A stretch of DNA of 64,000 nt from IMG/VR virus record IMGVR_UViG_3300013383_000003, one strand, 5' to 3'. The stretch comes from an uncultured virus (IMG/VR IMGVR_UViG_3300013383_000003) (Duplodnaviria; Heunggongvirae; Uroviricota; Caudoviricetes; Crassvirales). The notes beneath the pieces were generated by a model. That model was not told where the DNA came from, did no database searches, and saw only the letters and a program-made list of their open reading frames with translations. Numbering within the stretch: position 1 is the first letter of the stretch; each line of letters opens with the position of its first letter. The position numbers and the translations under genes were made by a program. Positions 49,174 to 59,832 of this stretch are shown here, one piece after another.

Positions 49174-49420
49174 ATTCCTTTATTTTATCATTAATTACTT
49201 CAGATTTAATAATACCAGTCCATCTTGCTATTACATCATCATTATCATCTAATAGAATCATTGTAGGAAGATTTTTGATATTATACTTTGTAGTAGTTTC
49301 TTCATCTTCTTCTATATTAATGTTTCTATAGATGGAAACATTAATAGGATTAGTCTTAAATTCTCTATCTAGTACTTTACATTGTCCACACCAAGGGGCA
49401 TAAAACTTCAATAATTTCAT
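49163..49420 (-). CDS. trxA: thioredoxin
   Basis: FYAPWCGQCK...YNIKNLPT. Confidence 0.9.
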   Translation of the reverse strand: MKLLKFYAPWCGQCKVLDREFKTNPINVSIYRNINIEEDEETTTKYNIKNLPTMILLDDNDDVIARWTGIIKSEVINDKIKEYEK

Positions 49421-49587
49421 TGTATTTCAACTTTTATATTTTCACTAAACATCCAACTGCATTCATCTGTATTATGCCCTAGCTTTTTGAGTAATTCTTC
49501 ACTATCTTCTATACTAGATAGTTCCTCATCTAATGTATATATAGTGATACTGCTATTACTATAATCCATTACTGCTAACTTCTCCAT
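49417..49587 (-). CDS. hypothetical protein (56 aa, not in track)
   Basis: MEKLAVMDYS...IKVEIQ*; stop overlaps the thioredoxin start. Confidence 0.6.
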   Translation of the reverse strand: MEKLAVMDYSNSSITIYTLDEELSSIEDSEELLKKLGHNTDECSWMFSENIKVEIQ

Positions 49588-49589
49588 AT

Positions 49590-49724
49590 TTACTCTTTAT
49601 TTTTATGTTCAAAATCTTCACATATAGGGTCATTAGGTTGTGTCTCTGTATATAAGTCTTTTATAAGACAGTAACTAAATGTCTCACTTTGCTCAAACCA
49701 TTCACAATCCTTACAGTATTTCAT
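49590..49724 (-). CDS. small Cys-rich protein (44 aa, not in track)
   Basis: MKYCKDCEWF...YCLIK...PICEDFEHKNKE*. Confidence 0.6.
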   Translation of the reverse strand: MKYCKDCEWFEQSETFSYCLIKDLYTETQPNDPICEDFEHKNKE

Positions 49725-49993
49725 ACTTTATGCTCTTCATTCCATTTTTTATTCCATGGTTTATCAGGCATCAATTGCTGTATTACCTTAATATTAGTAA
49801 TATCAGCTTCTATATACCCATCATCCCAAGTTAAATCGACCCCTGTAAGAAGTCTTATAGTACCACTTTCAAGATGCACCTCATTATCTCCCATAGGTAG
49901 CCATATATTACTATCATCTCTTAAAGGAGGTTTATCAAAAGCTCCCTCTACGTTATCTGACATTATATCATCTACTGCAAAATATACTTTCAT
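49721..49993 (-). CDS. hypothetical protein
   Basis: 90 aa, packed into the operon. Confidence 0.65.
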   Translation of the reverse strand: MKVYFAVDDIMSDNVEGAFDKPPLRDDSNIWLPMGDNEVHLESGTIRLLTGVDLTWDDGYIEADITNIKVIQQLMPDKPWNKKWNEEHKV

Positions 49994-49994
49994 A

Positions 49995-50243
49995 TTAAAT
50001 TTCTGAATTATAGGTTTCTATGTAATCTCCACAACATTCACAAGGCTCATCAATACTTGTATATTCTCCATATTGTACAATAAACCATTGTAATAAATAG
50101 TTTAGTTCATCAGGGTTTTGTTTTAGCCAATCAGCTATTTTATTCATAGCTTCCTGTCTTTCAGTATCTGTTAAATTAATTTCTTCTTTACCATCTACTG
50201 TAAGACTATCACAAACACACCCTCTTACTAATTGTAAATTCAT
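49995..50243 (-). CDS. hypothetical Cys-motif protein
   Basis: GCVCD...PCECCGD. Confidence 0.7.
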   Translation of the reverse strand: MNLQLVRGCVCDSLTVDGKEEINLTDTERQEAMNKIADWLKQNPDELNYLLQWFIVQYGEYTSIDEPCECCGDYIETYNSEI

Positions 50244-50485
50244 TCTTCTATTACTGTAAAATCATCAACACACCAATCAAGAAATTCTTCAGAAGGAAGA
50301 GTAATTTGCTCTTTTACATAATCTTCTAAATTGTATTCTTCAGCATCTATAGGAACATCTATAGTTCTAGTAGTACTTAAAGTTTCTGATATAGTTACCT
50401 CTATTTCCTTTGTTTCAGTACCTTTATTATAAGGAGCTCTGGGGTCATATTGAGCTCCTGCTGGATAATCACCATCTTGTGTCAT
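50240..50485 (-). CDS. hypothetical acidic protein
   Basis: N-terminus YPAGA..DPRAPYN. Confidence 0.7.
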   Translation of the reverse strand: MTQDGDYPAGAQYDPRAPYNKGTETKEIEVTISETLSTTRTIDVPIDAEEYNLEDYVKEQITLPSEEFLDWCVDDFTVIEE

Positions 50486-51375
50486 AACAAATGTTTTTCT
50501 TCAAATAGCTTATATAATTTATCAGCTAATTCTGCTGCTTGTGGATGAGGTTTACCTGTCTTAGCTAAGAAAGAACATCTCTGATTAAAGAAATCTTGCC
50601 AGTCACTTACAAAACCTGTAATTATAAGTTCAGTCTTTATAGATAGAGGAAGTACTACTCTTGCTTGTTCAGGTCTCCACCCCAATTCAAGTAATTTAAA
50701 GTAAGAATTTTCAGCATGTAATAAATGTGATATAAGTATTTTGGTATCTTCAGAGTATATATAATTATTAAAAGTCTCTTCAGTAACACTGATACCCCCC
50801 TCTATTTGAAATACATCACACCAATGTGGTATAATATAAGTAATTTCTTTGTTAAATTTATCTTTACTATAGTTGCAGAAACGTGTACTCTCCATGCAGA
50901 AACTAAATTTCCTATGCCTTACAAATTCATGGGATACTCCTCTATCACAGATAAACCTTGCTGTAACTCTAGCAGAGTGATATTCACTAGGTTCAGTTAT
51001 AAACTCTAGTAATCCATGCATTTGATTTTCTAGCAATACTCTATAGTTTGTAGTAATATAGAGATATTTATCTCCATCATGTTCATCTATATAACTTATA
51101 GAGTAAGGATTTTTATTAAAGAAATCTACTAATGCATAAAACTCCTCTCTACCAGAAGTCTTATAATCAGGAATAGTAAGATATACAGTACCATGCTCTA
51201 AAGGAGCATAGTGCCTGGATTCTATAAGTCTTCTTACAAAAGGAGTGGCAGAATTCTCTGATATACTATGAGTAGATTGATAACATACTTTACCTGCTTT
51301 TTCAATCTGCTTATATACTCCTAATAATCCTATCTCTTGTGATAATATTTCTACAGATGGTTCTATTAATTTCAT
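50482..51375 (-). CDS. thyX: FAD-dependent thymidylate synthase
   Basis: H.APLEH and RGVSHEFVRHR.FSF..ESTRFCNY motifs; ARVVLP. Confidence 0.93.
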   Translation of the reverse strand: MKLIEPSVEILSQEIGLLGVYKQIEKAGKVCYQSTHSISENSATPFVRRLIESRHYAPLEHGTVYLTIPDYKTSGREEFYALVDFFNKNPYSISYIDEHDGDKYLYITTNYRVLLENQMHGLLEFITEPSEYHSARVTARFICDRGVSHEFVRHRKFSFCMESTRFCNYSKDKFNKEITYIIPHWCDVFQIEGGISVTEETFNNYIYSEDTKILISHLLHAENSYFKLLELGWRPEQARVVLPLSIKTELIITGFVSDWQDFFNQRCSFLAKTGKPHPQAAELADKLYKLFEEKHLL

Positions 51376-51381
51376 GATATT

Positions 51382-51594
51382 CTATATTTTATAAGTTTCA
51401 TAATCACCACAAGGAGTGATATTTTTTACTTCATAAGAATCAATGATAAGATTACCTCCTTCCATGAGGAATTTAATTCTTTCATTATCTTCTAATTGTT
51501 GCATTCTAGCATAATCTTTTGTAGAAAGGTCACATTCTATATGACCTTTCTTTAGTGTACCATCTAAATGGACGGGTAATAGTACTCTAAACAT
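51382..51594 (-). CDS. hypothetical protein
   Basis: 70 aa, operon packing. Confidence 0.65.
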   Translation of the reverse strand: MFRVLLPVHLDGTLKKGHIECDLSTKDYARMQQLEDNERIKFLMEGGNLIIDSYEVKNITPCGDYETYKI

Positions 51595-51599
51595 AATAA

Positions 51600-51875
51600 T
51601 TACTGATTAATAAAATAATAATTTAAACTTTCTGTTTCTTTAGGAACATTTTCTAATGTAATAACCTCTATATAATCTGGTATAGGATATAGATAATTTC
51701 TTTGTTTATTTGTAGTTCCTGAATAACTAGTGTTATTAACTAATAACACCTTTCCACTCTGCCATTCTGCTATTGTAGTAGCATAACTTACTAACTTATC
51801 TCCAGTACTATATAGGTTACTTCCTGTGGCGGGTTCATGGTTTAAAAACTCTCTTACTACTTCTCTATTTCTCAT
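51600..51875 (-). CDS. hypothetical protein
   Basis: 91 aa; SYATTIA..YSGTTNKQ. Confidence 0.7.
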   Translation of the reverse strand: MRNREVVREFLNHEPATGSNLYSTGDKLVSYATTIAEWQSGKVLLVNNTSYSGTTNKQRNYLYPIPDYIEVITLENVPKETESLNYYFINQ

Positions 51876-52050
51876 TTCTTTCTTTCCTAAGATTTTCTAT
51901 ATCTTCTTTTGTTATTACAGGAACATCACATGCTTCTAAACGGTATATGGGCATTCCTCTCCATTCTTTATGATACTCTATAGCTTGGTCATCAGTGTCA
52001 GCAACATACCAAATACCATTTATTTTAAATATTTTTTTAGATGCTGTCAT
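51865..52050 (-). CDS. hypothetical protein
   Basis: 61 aa, operon packing. Confidence 0.6.
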   Translation of the reverse strand: MTASKKIFKINGIWYVADTDDQAIEYHKEWRGMPIYRLEACDVPVITKEDIENLRKERNEK

Positions 52051-52051
52051 A

Positions 52052-52330
52052 TTATATCTTGTATTTAGGATTATATTTTATATTATATAAAGGGGTTAAT
52101 GTACATCCGTCACTATAACATCGCCTAGCAATATTTCTAATTTCTTCAAGATACTTTGGGGTATTATAAGTCACTATATCTATCATATAGAAACCACCAA
52201 ACTTTAATTTTCTTGTAACAATACCCAATTGCAATTTACACAATTGTTGTACAAAGCAGTTTGTTGCTACAAAAGGGTCATCTGGAGAGATAGCTTTAAG
52301 GTAGCAAAACACTAAATCAGGAGTTCTCAT
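52052..52330 (-). CDS. hypothetical protein
   Basis: 92 aa, operon packing. Confidence 0.6.
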   Translation of the reverse strand: MRTPDLVFCYLKAISPDDPFVATNCFVQQLCKLQLGIVTRKLKFGGFYMIDIVTYNTPKYLEEIRNIARRCYSDGCTLTPLYNIKYNPKYKI

Positions 52331-52808
52331 TTTCTAATCTTTTTATTTCATCATTAATATAAAACCTTGCTTTCTTAAGGTCTTCAATTTGTTTATCTTT
52401 ATTAGTCATACCTTCTTCTTTTTTATGTCCAGCCCTTAGGGTATATTTTATAATATTTCCTATATTAAAATTCAAATGCCTTGTAATATCAATGACTTCT
52501 ATACCACATTTATCTTTAAGCCAAGTATAATGACTTGGATGCTCTACTCTATTATATATAGATTTAGTAATATCCAGAGGGGAAACATCTACCTGCTTTT
52601 CTTTTACTTTATAATGTGTTTTAATATAATCTTCTGATATTATAAAGCTTTCAGTTTCTTTACTTACAGGAGATATACGAAAAGTTTTATACTCATATAA
52701 TCCTGCTTTAATTCTATAGTACTGATAAGCAGTATATGAAGTACCGTCATGTACTATAGCTTCTATAGTATCTCCAATTCTTAATTGTTCTAGTTCTTCT
52801 TGTGTCAT
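52317..52808 (-). CDS. DUF3310 domain protein (T7 gp1.7-like nucleotide kinase family)
   Basis: VEHPSHY...IEVIDI...FNIGNIIKY..RAGHK...EDLKKARFY; likely start MTQEEL. Confidence 0.8.
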   Translation of the reverse strand: MTQEELEQLRIGDTIEAIVHDGTSYTAYQYYRIKAGLYEYKTFRISPVSKETESFIISEDYIKTHYKVKEKQVDVSPLDITKSIYNRVEHPSHYTWLKDKCGIEVIDITRHLNFNIGNIIKYTLRAGHKKEEGMTNKDKQIEDLKKARFYINDEIKRLENENS

Positions 52809-52819
52809 ATTATTAGTTT

Positions 52820-54856
52820 TTAATGTACCCAACATGTTGGTAAACTACCATCTTCATTATAGCTTATTTTAGCATCAAGTTTACATCTTGTACAGAAAAA
52901 AGAACCAGCTTTTATCATGCATTGATGTAATACTTCTGCTACCTTAGGAGCAATGTCTTTAGGAGCTTCAACATTCCATTCATCATGTGCTGGGATGCAG
53001 AACTTCACTACATTAAATAGATTATTTTTCACTATATAATCAAAGAAATACACTGAAGCTACCTTAAATATTATAGCTCCTGTACCTTGAATTTCATAAT
53101 TTGAGGAATATCTATCCCATGCAGACTTTTGTTTAAAAAAGTTCTTCACTCTTTGTACAGTAGCACATTCTGGATTAGTTTTTTTCATCTCTTTATAATA
53201 TTCCCAATCTAATGTAGACATCCATTCTTTATCCTCCTTTAACTCTTTGTAATTATGAATATAGGATTTATGACCAGTAATACTACTAATCAGTATATAG
53301 CCTTTATCCCACCATTCTTTATGTTTTCTTTCCTGATAAGCTTTTAGACCATTAAATCCCTTCATATAGGCATTATATATCCTATTAGCTTCTTCTTCAG
53401 ATAATCCAAAGTTTCTTTTTATAGTTTCAGCATTACCATTGTAATTAAAGGCAAACTCATAGCCTTTTGCAATTTTTCTAAGGTCATGATATTTATCTGT
53501 AACTACTGAGGTTGGGCAATCTTTAGGGATAATATCAGAAAATACTATTTTAGCAGTTAGAGTGTGCAAATCTTTATCTCCATGTATTAACTCATCAAGC
53601 ATAGCTTTATCATTTGCTATAGAAGCCATTAAGAAGGATTCTTCTCCTGAATAATCAATACTTATCCATGAGTTTCCTTTTTCTGCTACAAAGCAAGCCC
53701 TAGTTTCTTCATCTGAAGGAAGATTTTGCATATTAACATATTCTATATGGTTTATTTTGTCCTTACCTCCTGAATTAAGCCTTCCTGTAGAAGTAAATAA
53801 CTGTCCAAAATTTGTATGTATTCTCCCACTTATAGGATTTATCTGCTTTATAAAAGTTTCTCCATAAGTAGAAGTGATTTTCACAGCCTTTTTATACTCT
53901 AAATAAAGGGGAATAAGACTACATTTATCTTTTTGTGGTTTTAAACTTTTTACATCAATACTATCCTTTTCTCCTCCTTTTTTTCTATCTTCTATAGTTA
54001 CATTTACTCCATATTTTTTGAATAATGGAATTAATTGTTTTGCACTATTCCAATTCAAAGTAACTTGAGGTTCTAGATTGAATCCATTAAATAAATCTCC
54101 TTGTCTATCAATAAATATATAGGAGCTATTTGATTCATTTTCTAAAATCCATTTATTACAAGCTTCTAAAGCATTATTAACTCTAATAGTATCTTTCTGG
54201 ATTTTAGCTTTCCATTTTTCAATATCAAGCTTTACTCCACAATATTCACAATATGCTAAAGGTATTACAAACTTATTTTCATAAACAATAGCTTTTTGTA
54301 ATCCTTTCTCCTCTAGAGCTTTTTTTTGTTTATTCATTATTTGCTCAAGGTACTTAACATCATTAGCACTATACATTATAACATCTTCTGTTAGTCCTGC
54401 ATACATTATTTTACCTCTAACACTTTTATCAAGCTCTATATTAAGATATTCTTCTCCTGCAGACTTTAAGCTCATTGAGTGATAACCTCTAGGATAACCT
54501 AGCCACATTAAACACTCTGCTAAAAATCCATCCCAAACTTGTCTTACTACTATATTATATTTAAACAAAAACTTTAAATCAAATTTTAAGTTCCATCCTA
54601 AAAATACTCTATTAGACTCAAGATATTCTTTATATAAGGAGATATTTATAGTAGAAGTGTCTATTACTATTTGAAAATCAAAACATCCTAATTGAAGAAT
54701 CTTTAAGTCACATGTCCAAGGGTCTAATCCAGTAGTTTCAGTGTCTAATCCTACTACAGTAAGAGGTTCAAGTAGTTTTAATGAGTTTTCTACATCTATT
54801 ATTTTATAGGATTCATTATTAAATAGTTCTCTATTATTAGTAACCAGATAAATCAT
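52820..54856 (-). CDS. polA: family A DNA polymerase with 3'-5' exonuclease
   Basis: DTETTGLD, TGRLNS, DYSGEE, RKIAKGYEFAFNY, IQGTGA and HDE motifs. Confidence 0.95.
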   Translation of the reverse strand: MIYLVTNNRELFNNESYKIIDVENSLKLLEPLTVVGLDTETTGLDPWTCDLKILQLGCFDFQIVIDTSTINISLYKEYLESNRVFLGWNLKFDLKFLFKYNIVVRQVWDGFLAECLMWLGYPRGYHSMSLKSAGEEYLNIELDKSVRGKIMYAGLTEDVIMYSANDVKYLEQIMNKQKKALEEKGLQKAIVYENKFVIPLAYCEYCGVKLDIEKWKAKIQKDTIRVNNALEACNKWILENESNSSYIFIDRQGDLFNGFNLEPQVTLNWNSAKQLIPLFKKYGVNVTIEDRKKGGEKDSIDVKSLKPQKDKCSLIPLYLEYKKAVKITSTYGETFIKQINPISGRIHTNFGQLFTSTGRLNSGGKDKINHIEYVNMQNLPSDEETRACFVAEKGNSWISIDYSGEESFLMASIANDKAMLDELIHGDKDLHTLTAKIVFSDIIPKDCPTSVVTDKYHDLRKIAKGYEFAFNYNGNAETIKRNFGLSEEEANRIYNAYMKGFNGLKAYQERKHKEWWDKGYILISSITGHKSYIHNYKELKEDKEWMSTLDWEYYKEMKKTNPECATVQRVKNFFKQKSAWDRYSSNYEIQGTGAIIFKVASVYFFDYIVKNNLFNVVKFCIPAHDEWNVEAPKDIAPKVAEVLHQCMIKAGSFFCTRCKLDAKISYNEDGSLPTCWVH

Positions 54857-55353
54857 TATTTACTAGTATATATTTCTAGAGTTTTAAAATCTACAGTATA
54901 TTTATAATTCTGTAGAAAGTCAGTTCCTAAGATGCCATCTATTTTAGTTCCTGTATGAACTTCTAAAGCACCTAAGGTACTTTCAATACCTTCTGATACA
55001 AGAAATTCTATATCATAATTATTACCCATAATATCAACAAATGGTGCTATACAACTAAGTTCTTGAGTAGCATTACCTCCAATGCCTATAGTTTCATTAT
55101 TAATATTATTAGTTACACAATTTATTAGCTTCTTATAAGGTGTATGTCCAATATGACATACATTACTTCCAGTATCTATAAGAAAATTAAAGGTATTATC
55201 CCCATTATTAAGTTCTATAATAGGCATACCACCATCCATATTTTTCTTTATAGAAATACTTTCTCTAGGATATTGTTTATTCTTCATAAAGAGATTAACT
55301 ACACTTGCTGTTGCAGCTACTCCTATCATTACTAATATTGCTTCTAAAATCAT
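54856..55353 (-). CDS. membrane-anchored retropepsin-like aspartyl protease
   Basis: N-terminal TM, FLIDTGS, DGILGTDFL. Confidence 0.85.
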   Translation of the reverse strand: MILEAILVMIGVAATASVVNLFMKNKQYPRESISIKKNMDGGMPIIELNNGDNTFNFLIDTGSNVCHIGHTPYKKLINCVTNNINNETIGIGGNATQELSCIAPFVDIMGNNYDIEFLVSEGIESTLGALEVHTGTKIDGILGTDFLQNYKYTVDFKTLEIYTSK

Positions 55354-55363
55354 ATATTATTAT

Positions 55364-55912
55364 TTATTTTACACCTGTACTACCATGTCCTCCACGGTTT
55401 TCATTATTTAATCCCTCTACCCATTCAAAGGTAATCTTATTACTAAATAGCCATTTAATTTTCTGCCATATAGTAGCATATTGATTAGGCACTATCATAA
55501 ACTGACAAATTCTGTCTCCTTTATGTATAGAAGTAGCTTGTAATGCTATACAATAGAATCCCCATTCATCATTATTACCATTATAACTATTATCAACATA
55601 ACCACTTGTAGCCATGAGAAGCCCTAATTTCTTTGTAGTAGAACTTCTTTGTCTTATAATAGCACTAAAGCCTTTAGGTAATTGCATTGCTATACCTAAT
55701 TTAATTAGTTGCTTGTCAAACAATACTTCTCTATATTTTGTATTATCATGTTGTTTTAATCTTTCTGCTAAGGGAGCTTTAAATGTATAATCCTTAGCAG
55801 CTCTTAGGTCTATACAATCTCCCTTAGGATTAACAAATGGTGTTATATTACCTTGTTCATCCTTAGCCTCTGTATAAAGGCCTTTAGTCAATTCTCTTAC
55901 TTTAATCTTCAT
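55364..55912 (-). CDS. dut: trimeric dUTPase
   Basis: IDLRA, RSS, GYVDNSYNG, GDRICQF and RGGHGSTG motifs. Confidence 0.93.
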   Translation of the reverse strand: MKIKVRELTKGLYTEAKDEQGNITPFVNPKGDCIDLRAAKDYTFKAPLAERLKQHDNTKYREVLFDKQLIKLGIAMQLPKGFSAIIRQRSSTTKKLGLLMATSGYVDNSYNGNNDEWGFYCIALQATSIHKGDRICQFMIVPNQYATIWQKIKWLFSNKITFEWVEGLNNENRGGHGSTGVK

Positions 55913-56087
55913 TATTATATCCTTTTATAGTTGTTTTATTAGGTTGTTTAAACTGAGAAACTACTTCATTATTAGTAGTAGATTCTTTGTATTGGTATAG
56001 TTTAATACCAAATATTTTTATAGTTCTTATAGTTGCTGCTTCTTTATTTTTAGTATCATAGAAGCTTTTAATATCTATATTAATCAC
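55902..56087 (-). CDS. hypothetical protein
   Basis: 61 aa, overlaps both neighbours. Confidence 0.6.
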   Translation of the reverse strand: MINIDIKSFYDTKNKEAATIRTIKIFGIKLYQYKESTTNNEVVSQFKQPNKTTIKGYNNED

Positions 56088-56542
56088 CAGAATTTATATG
56101 TTATATCTACCCATTTATTGTCTACATTCTTATAAAATCTTTGATTAGTAGTTTTACTATTTAAAGGTCCTTTATCCTTAATGTAAGGGCCTGTTTTTAC
56201 AAAATCAAATAGTCCCATATCAAATAATGATGTACTTCTTAATCCATGTAATCCTGTATACCAGCATGTTTTTAATGAAGTATTCATCTTTACCCATTGT
56301 GCTAATAGAGCTAGAGAGGTGAGGTCATTTCCCTCACCTAAAAAGCATACACAAGTAATGCCTTTATTTTGCTCTATCAGCTCCTTCAATTTATTAATGG
56401 TTAATTCCTCACCTATATCTTCTCTAAGCTGTTTAGAATGACAATAGGCACATCTATGAGGACAATTAGTGATATTAATACATAAAGATATTTCATCAGG
56501 AACTTCTGAAAATGTTACCTGTGTCTCTAAGTATTTAACCAT
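56084..56542 (-). CDS. nrdG: anaerobic RNR activase (radical SAM)
   Basis: CPHRCAYCH, GPLNSKTTNQRFY; adjacent to nrdD. Confidence 0.93.
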   Translation of the reverse strand: MVKYLETQVTFSEVPDEISLCINITNCPHRCAYCHSKQLREDIGEELTINKLKELIEQNKGITCVCFLGEGNDLTSLALLAQWVKMNTSLKTCWYTGLHGLRSTSLFDMGLFDFVKTGPYIKDKGPLNSKTTNQRFYKNVDNKWVDITYKFW

Positions 56543-58778
56543 CTATATCTTCAGCTTTTGTATAAACTCTTGTTTTTTGTTCTATTTGTCTCCCATTAGA
56601 CCAATTACTTATCTTAGTTAAATATCCGATTATTCTATCCCACAAAGAGGTATTAGTAGAACTACACTTAGGGCATTTATCAAATGGTTGTTTTGCTATA
56701 TAATGGCACTCTTCACATTCACAGTTAGGAATATTAAAAGTAAAGTACTTGCATCCTACTTCTGCAGCATATTTTATGAGATGCTTATATTGCTCTTTAG
56801 TTAAATGAGAATCTAAATTAATATGTGCAGCACTCCCACCATCAAGCATATCTCCACAGAAGTCTTTACCATGTAGATATAGTTTATCTAATACAGAAAT
56901 ATCTTCATCATTAGGTTTATAGATATAGCTAGCATAAAGATTAGTATCTTTAGGTACATAATAACCATCCTTTTTATCTCTATTATAGAGCTTTATAGCT
57001 GCTGATTCACAAGGAGTAAATTCAGTGTTAAACATTAATTCTTTAGTTTTGTGTAGAGCATTTTGTTCTTTTATAGTATTAAATATAATGTTACAAAACT
57101 CTTTATAAGAAGAATTATTATTACATTGTATTCCTAAGAACTCTGCTGCTTGGTTTAGCCCATTAATGCCTATAGTAAGGTATTGTTTCTTCATATCTAT
57201 AAATCCTGCTTTATATACAGTTAAAAGGTTAGCATTATATAAATCTTTGAGTATTTCATTATAAGCAGTATGATATTTATAGATTCTTTCGAGAATACTT
57301 ATTAAATATTTAGGAAAAAGTTTTATAATTTGCTCTTTATAAAGTGATATTTCTTCAAAACTTAAAGTATTAGGATTCTTTGGGAGAGGTAAATTATCTT
57401 TTAAAACTTCCCTATGCAATATAAATTGGTCTTTAATGCTATTTACAAAATCTTGAACAATTCTATTAATATTAAGTGTAATAACATTCTTAGAACCTGT
57501 CATTTCACTGAGTTGTCCATTTGTAAAATTAAATTGAGGTTTGTTAATTTTTGATGATAATCTACAACAAGAACTTAACGAATCTGCACTATCACTAATA
57601 TATGTAAAAAATGAATTACCTTGAGAGTACTCTTCACATAAATAGTTGTATAAATCTTCATCTAAAAATTTACCATTTTGATATATAAGGCATGATGATA
57701 CTACAGGAAAAGTAAGAATACATTTTAATCTTTCTTGATTTAACCAATGAAGAAAGTCTTTCTGTAACCAATTAATAGATTCCCATTGTGCTTTAGTACT
57801 ATCTGGATAATAAAAATCACTATACATAGCATCAAAGAAGGGTTTATCAAAGATACTAACATTCCAAAAGACTGCTTGATTTCCACGAGAACCACTTGGC
57901 TGCATTAGGCTATAGCATATTTGTTGAAAATATTGATGTATTTGTTTATGTATAGTTTGCTTTCTATTAGTATATTCTGAGGAGGCACTGAGCTCAAGTT
58001 TTTCATAATATTTATCTCCCCATTCTTTTCTTAGATACCAATCCATGCCTATAAAGGTGCTAGGGATGCTTACAGCCCCTTTAAACTGTGAAGCAATAGC
58101 AAATACTAAATTTATAAACATTCCACAGAAACTATCTATATTCTTAGGAGCTACACTTAATCCCCCTATTTCTTTAATACCGTTAAGATAAAATGGATAT
58201 AAAGTAATAGCAACACAATAAGGCATACCTATTTGTGAAGAAAGGTCATGAAGATAGCATATTGAATTAGCATCCTTTACAAGCAATTTATAGTCAAAAT
58301 CAGGGTACAATTCTTTTAGCTTTAATTCCCACATTCTAAGATTTACTTCAGCATTATCTTCTTTATGTATCTCAGAATTAAGAACTGCAATATTATGATT
58401 ACTTACATTAGCATTATCATCTATAGTAGCATTAGCAGTATTATCAGATTTCTTAAATTTTTCTATGAATTTTATTTTCTTTTGAGCAGCTTCCCTGATA
58501 TCTTTTCTACGTTGTCTATAAATAATATAAGCTTTAACTACATCATAGTAATAGTACGGAAAACGCATTAAAGACTTTTCTACAGCATTCTGTATAGTTT
58601 CTACATCAAGATTTTCTTTAGGGCAATCCATTAAGGCATACTCTACAATTCTATTAATCTGTTTTAGGATTAGTTCTTCTACATCATATCCACATTCTTT
58701 AAAAGCTTTAATTACAGCTTTTACAATCTTCTCTTTATCAAACTTTTCTAATGTTCCATCTCTTTTTATTACTTCCAT
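56535..58778 (-). CDS. nrdD: class III anaerobic ribonucleotide reductase with ATP cone
   Basis: VIKRDG ATP cone, PYCV, SSCCRL, CxxC..CxxC and RIIGYL glycyl-radical motif. Confidence 0.95.
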   Translation of the reverse strand: MEVIKRDGTLEKFDKEKIVKAVIKAFKECGYDVEELILKQINRIVEYALMDCPKENLDVETIQNAVEKSLMRFPYYYYDVVKAYIIYRQRRKDIREAAQKKIKFIEKFKKSDNTANATIDDNANVSNHNIAVLNSEIHKEDNAEVNLRMWELKLKELYPDFDYKLLVKDANSICYLHDLSSQIGMPYCVAITLYPFYLNGIKEIGGLSVAPKNIDSFCGMFINLVFAIASQFKGAVSIPSTFIGMDWYLRKEWGDKYYEKLELSASSEYTNRKQTIHKQIHQYFQQICYSLMQPSGSRGNQAVFWNVSIFDKPFFDAMYSDFYYPDSTKAQWESINWLQKDFLHWLNQERLKCILTFPVVSSCLIYQNGKFLDEDLYNYLCEEYSQGNSFFTYISDSADSLSSCCRLSSKINKPQFNFTNGQLSEMTGSKNVITLNINRIVQDFVNSIKDQFILHREVLKDNLPLPKNPNTLSFEEISLYKEQIIKLFPKYLISILERIYKYHTAYNEILKDLYNANLLTVYKAGFIDMKKQYLTIGINGLNQAAEFLGIQCNNNSSYKEFCNIIFNTIKEQNALHKTKELMFNTEFTPCESAAIKLYNRDKKDGYYVPKDTNLYASYIYKPNDEDISVLDKLYLHGKDFCGDMLDGGSAAHINLDSHLTKEQYKHLIKYAAEVGCKYFTFNIPNCECEECHYIAKQPFDKCPKCSSTNTSLWDRIIGYLTKISNWSNGRQIEQKTRVYTKAEDIDG

Positions 58779-58779
58779 A

Positions 58780-59832
58780 TTATAATTTATTTAACCATTG
58801 TCTTAATGAATTAGGCTTATCAAGGAATATCCCATCAGGGACTTTAGGGCTATCCTTCAAATAATGTTGTAGTTCTTTACCTATAACAAAAGGGTCTCTT
58901 GCTTTATACTGACTATTTTTACCATATATAAGGTCTCCAGTAGTAAAAGTATCTTCAAAGTCCCATACTAATGGAGTTAGGGAATATCTATTTACTACAA
59001 TAAATTTATAGGGTGCTATAGTATAATCTTTAAAATAATCATCCTTTGATATATTATCCCTTATTATATTAGCATATAACTTCCCTTGAATCATATAGCA
59101 CCATTTATCAAAACTATGAGCAAAATCCCATTCTTTTGAGCTTGAAGTTTTTAAATCTACAGGAATTATTAATTTCTTATCATTCAATACTACAATTAAA
59201 TCAGCCATACATCTATAGTCTACATCATCAAATGTAGCTTTAAACTTCAATTGATAGAACCTCTGTATTCTATCATCAAACATATTATTAGGCTCAAAGT
59301 AAAACTTTGTAGCAGGAGAAGTTCTAAGAGCATCTACCATCTTTAAAGCATCATTATAAATATAAGTGCTTATAATAGTTCTTCCATTAGCAAGATATAA
59401 CAAGCCATAATATCCTGCACCATCCTCTTTAATTTTCTTTACTCTCGTTCTAGGTAGCCAGTGATTATTCCATTGTATATCTTCTATAACACTAATAATT
59501 TCATCTTCTGATATAGCTGTAAGGCTATTATGTTTATTAGAGTACACAGAGAATAATTTTTTTACTATAGTAGCTACAGTATCTGATAGTTCATTATTAA
59601 GCTCTGCTACCATAAATCTCTCATTAAACTCTTCATCAGTACCTGTTATAAGAGTATCTACAATAGAACCCAGAGTAAGAGAGGGACTCTCTACTTTAGT
59701 AAATAAGTTACCTAAGTTATTGAATCCCTCTCTTTCATATCTAGCTAATGTACTGTAAGATAATGCATGGTCTCTCCTATATTCTTCTTCTGTAACTAGC
59801 CATGAAATATCTTTTAATGTTTTATTCATCAT
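58780..59832 (-). CDS. PD-(D/E)xK exonuclease
   Basis: LSYSTL, GSIVD, RCMADL...VDLKT, Y..Q..LY. Confidence 0.8.
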   Translation of the reverse strand: MMNKTLKDISWLVTEEEYRRDHALSYSTLARYEREGFNNLGNLFTKVESPSLTLGSIVDTLITGTDEEFNERFMVAELNNELSDTVATIVKKLFSVYSNKHNSLTAISEDEIISVIEDIQWNNHWLPRTRVKKIKEDGAGYYGLLYLANGRTIISTYIYNDALKMVDALRTSPATKFYFEPNNMFDDRIQRFYQLKFKATFDDVDYRCMADLIVVLNDKKLIIPVDLKTSSSKEWDFAHSFDKWCYMIQGKLYANIIRDNISKDDYFKDYTIAPYKFIVVNRYSLTPLVWDFEDTFTTGDLIYGKNSQYKARDPFVIGKELQHYLKDSPKVPDGIFLDKPNSLRQWLNKL

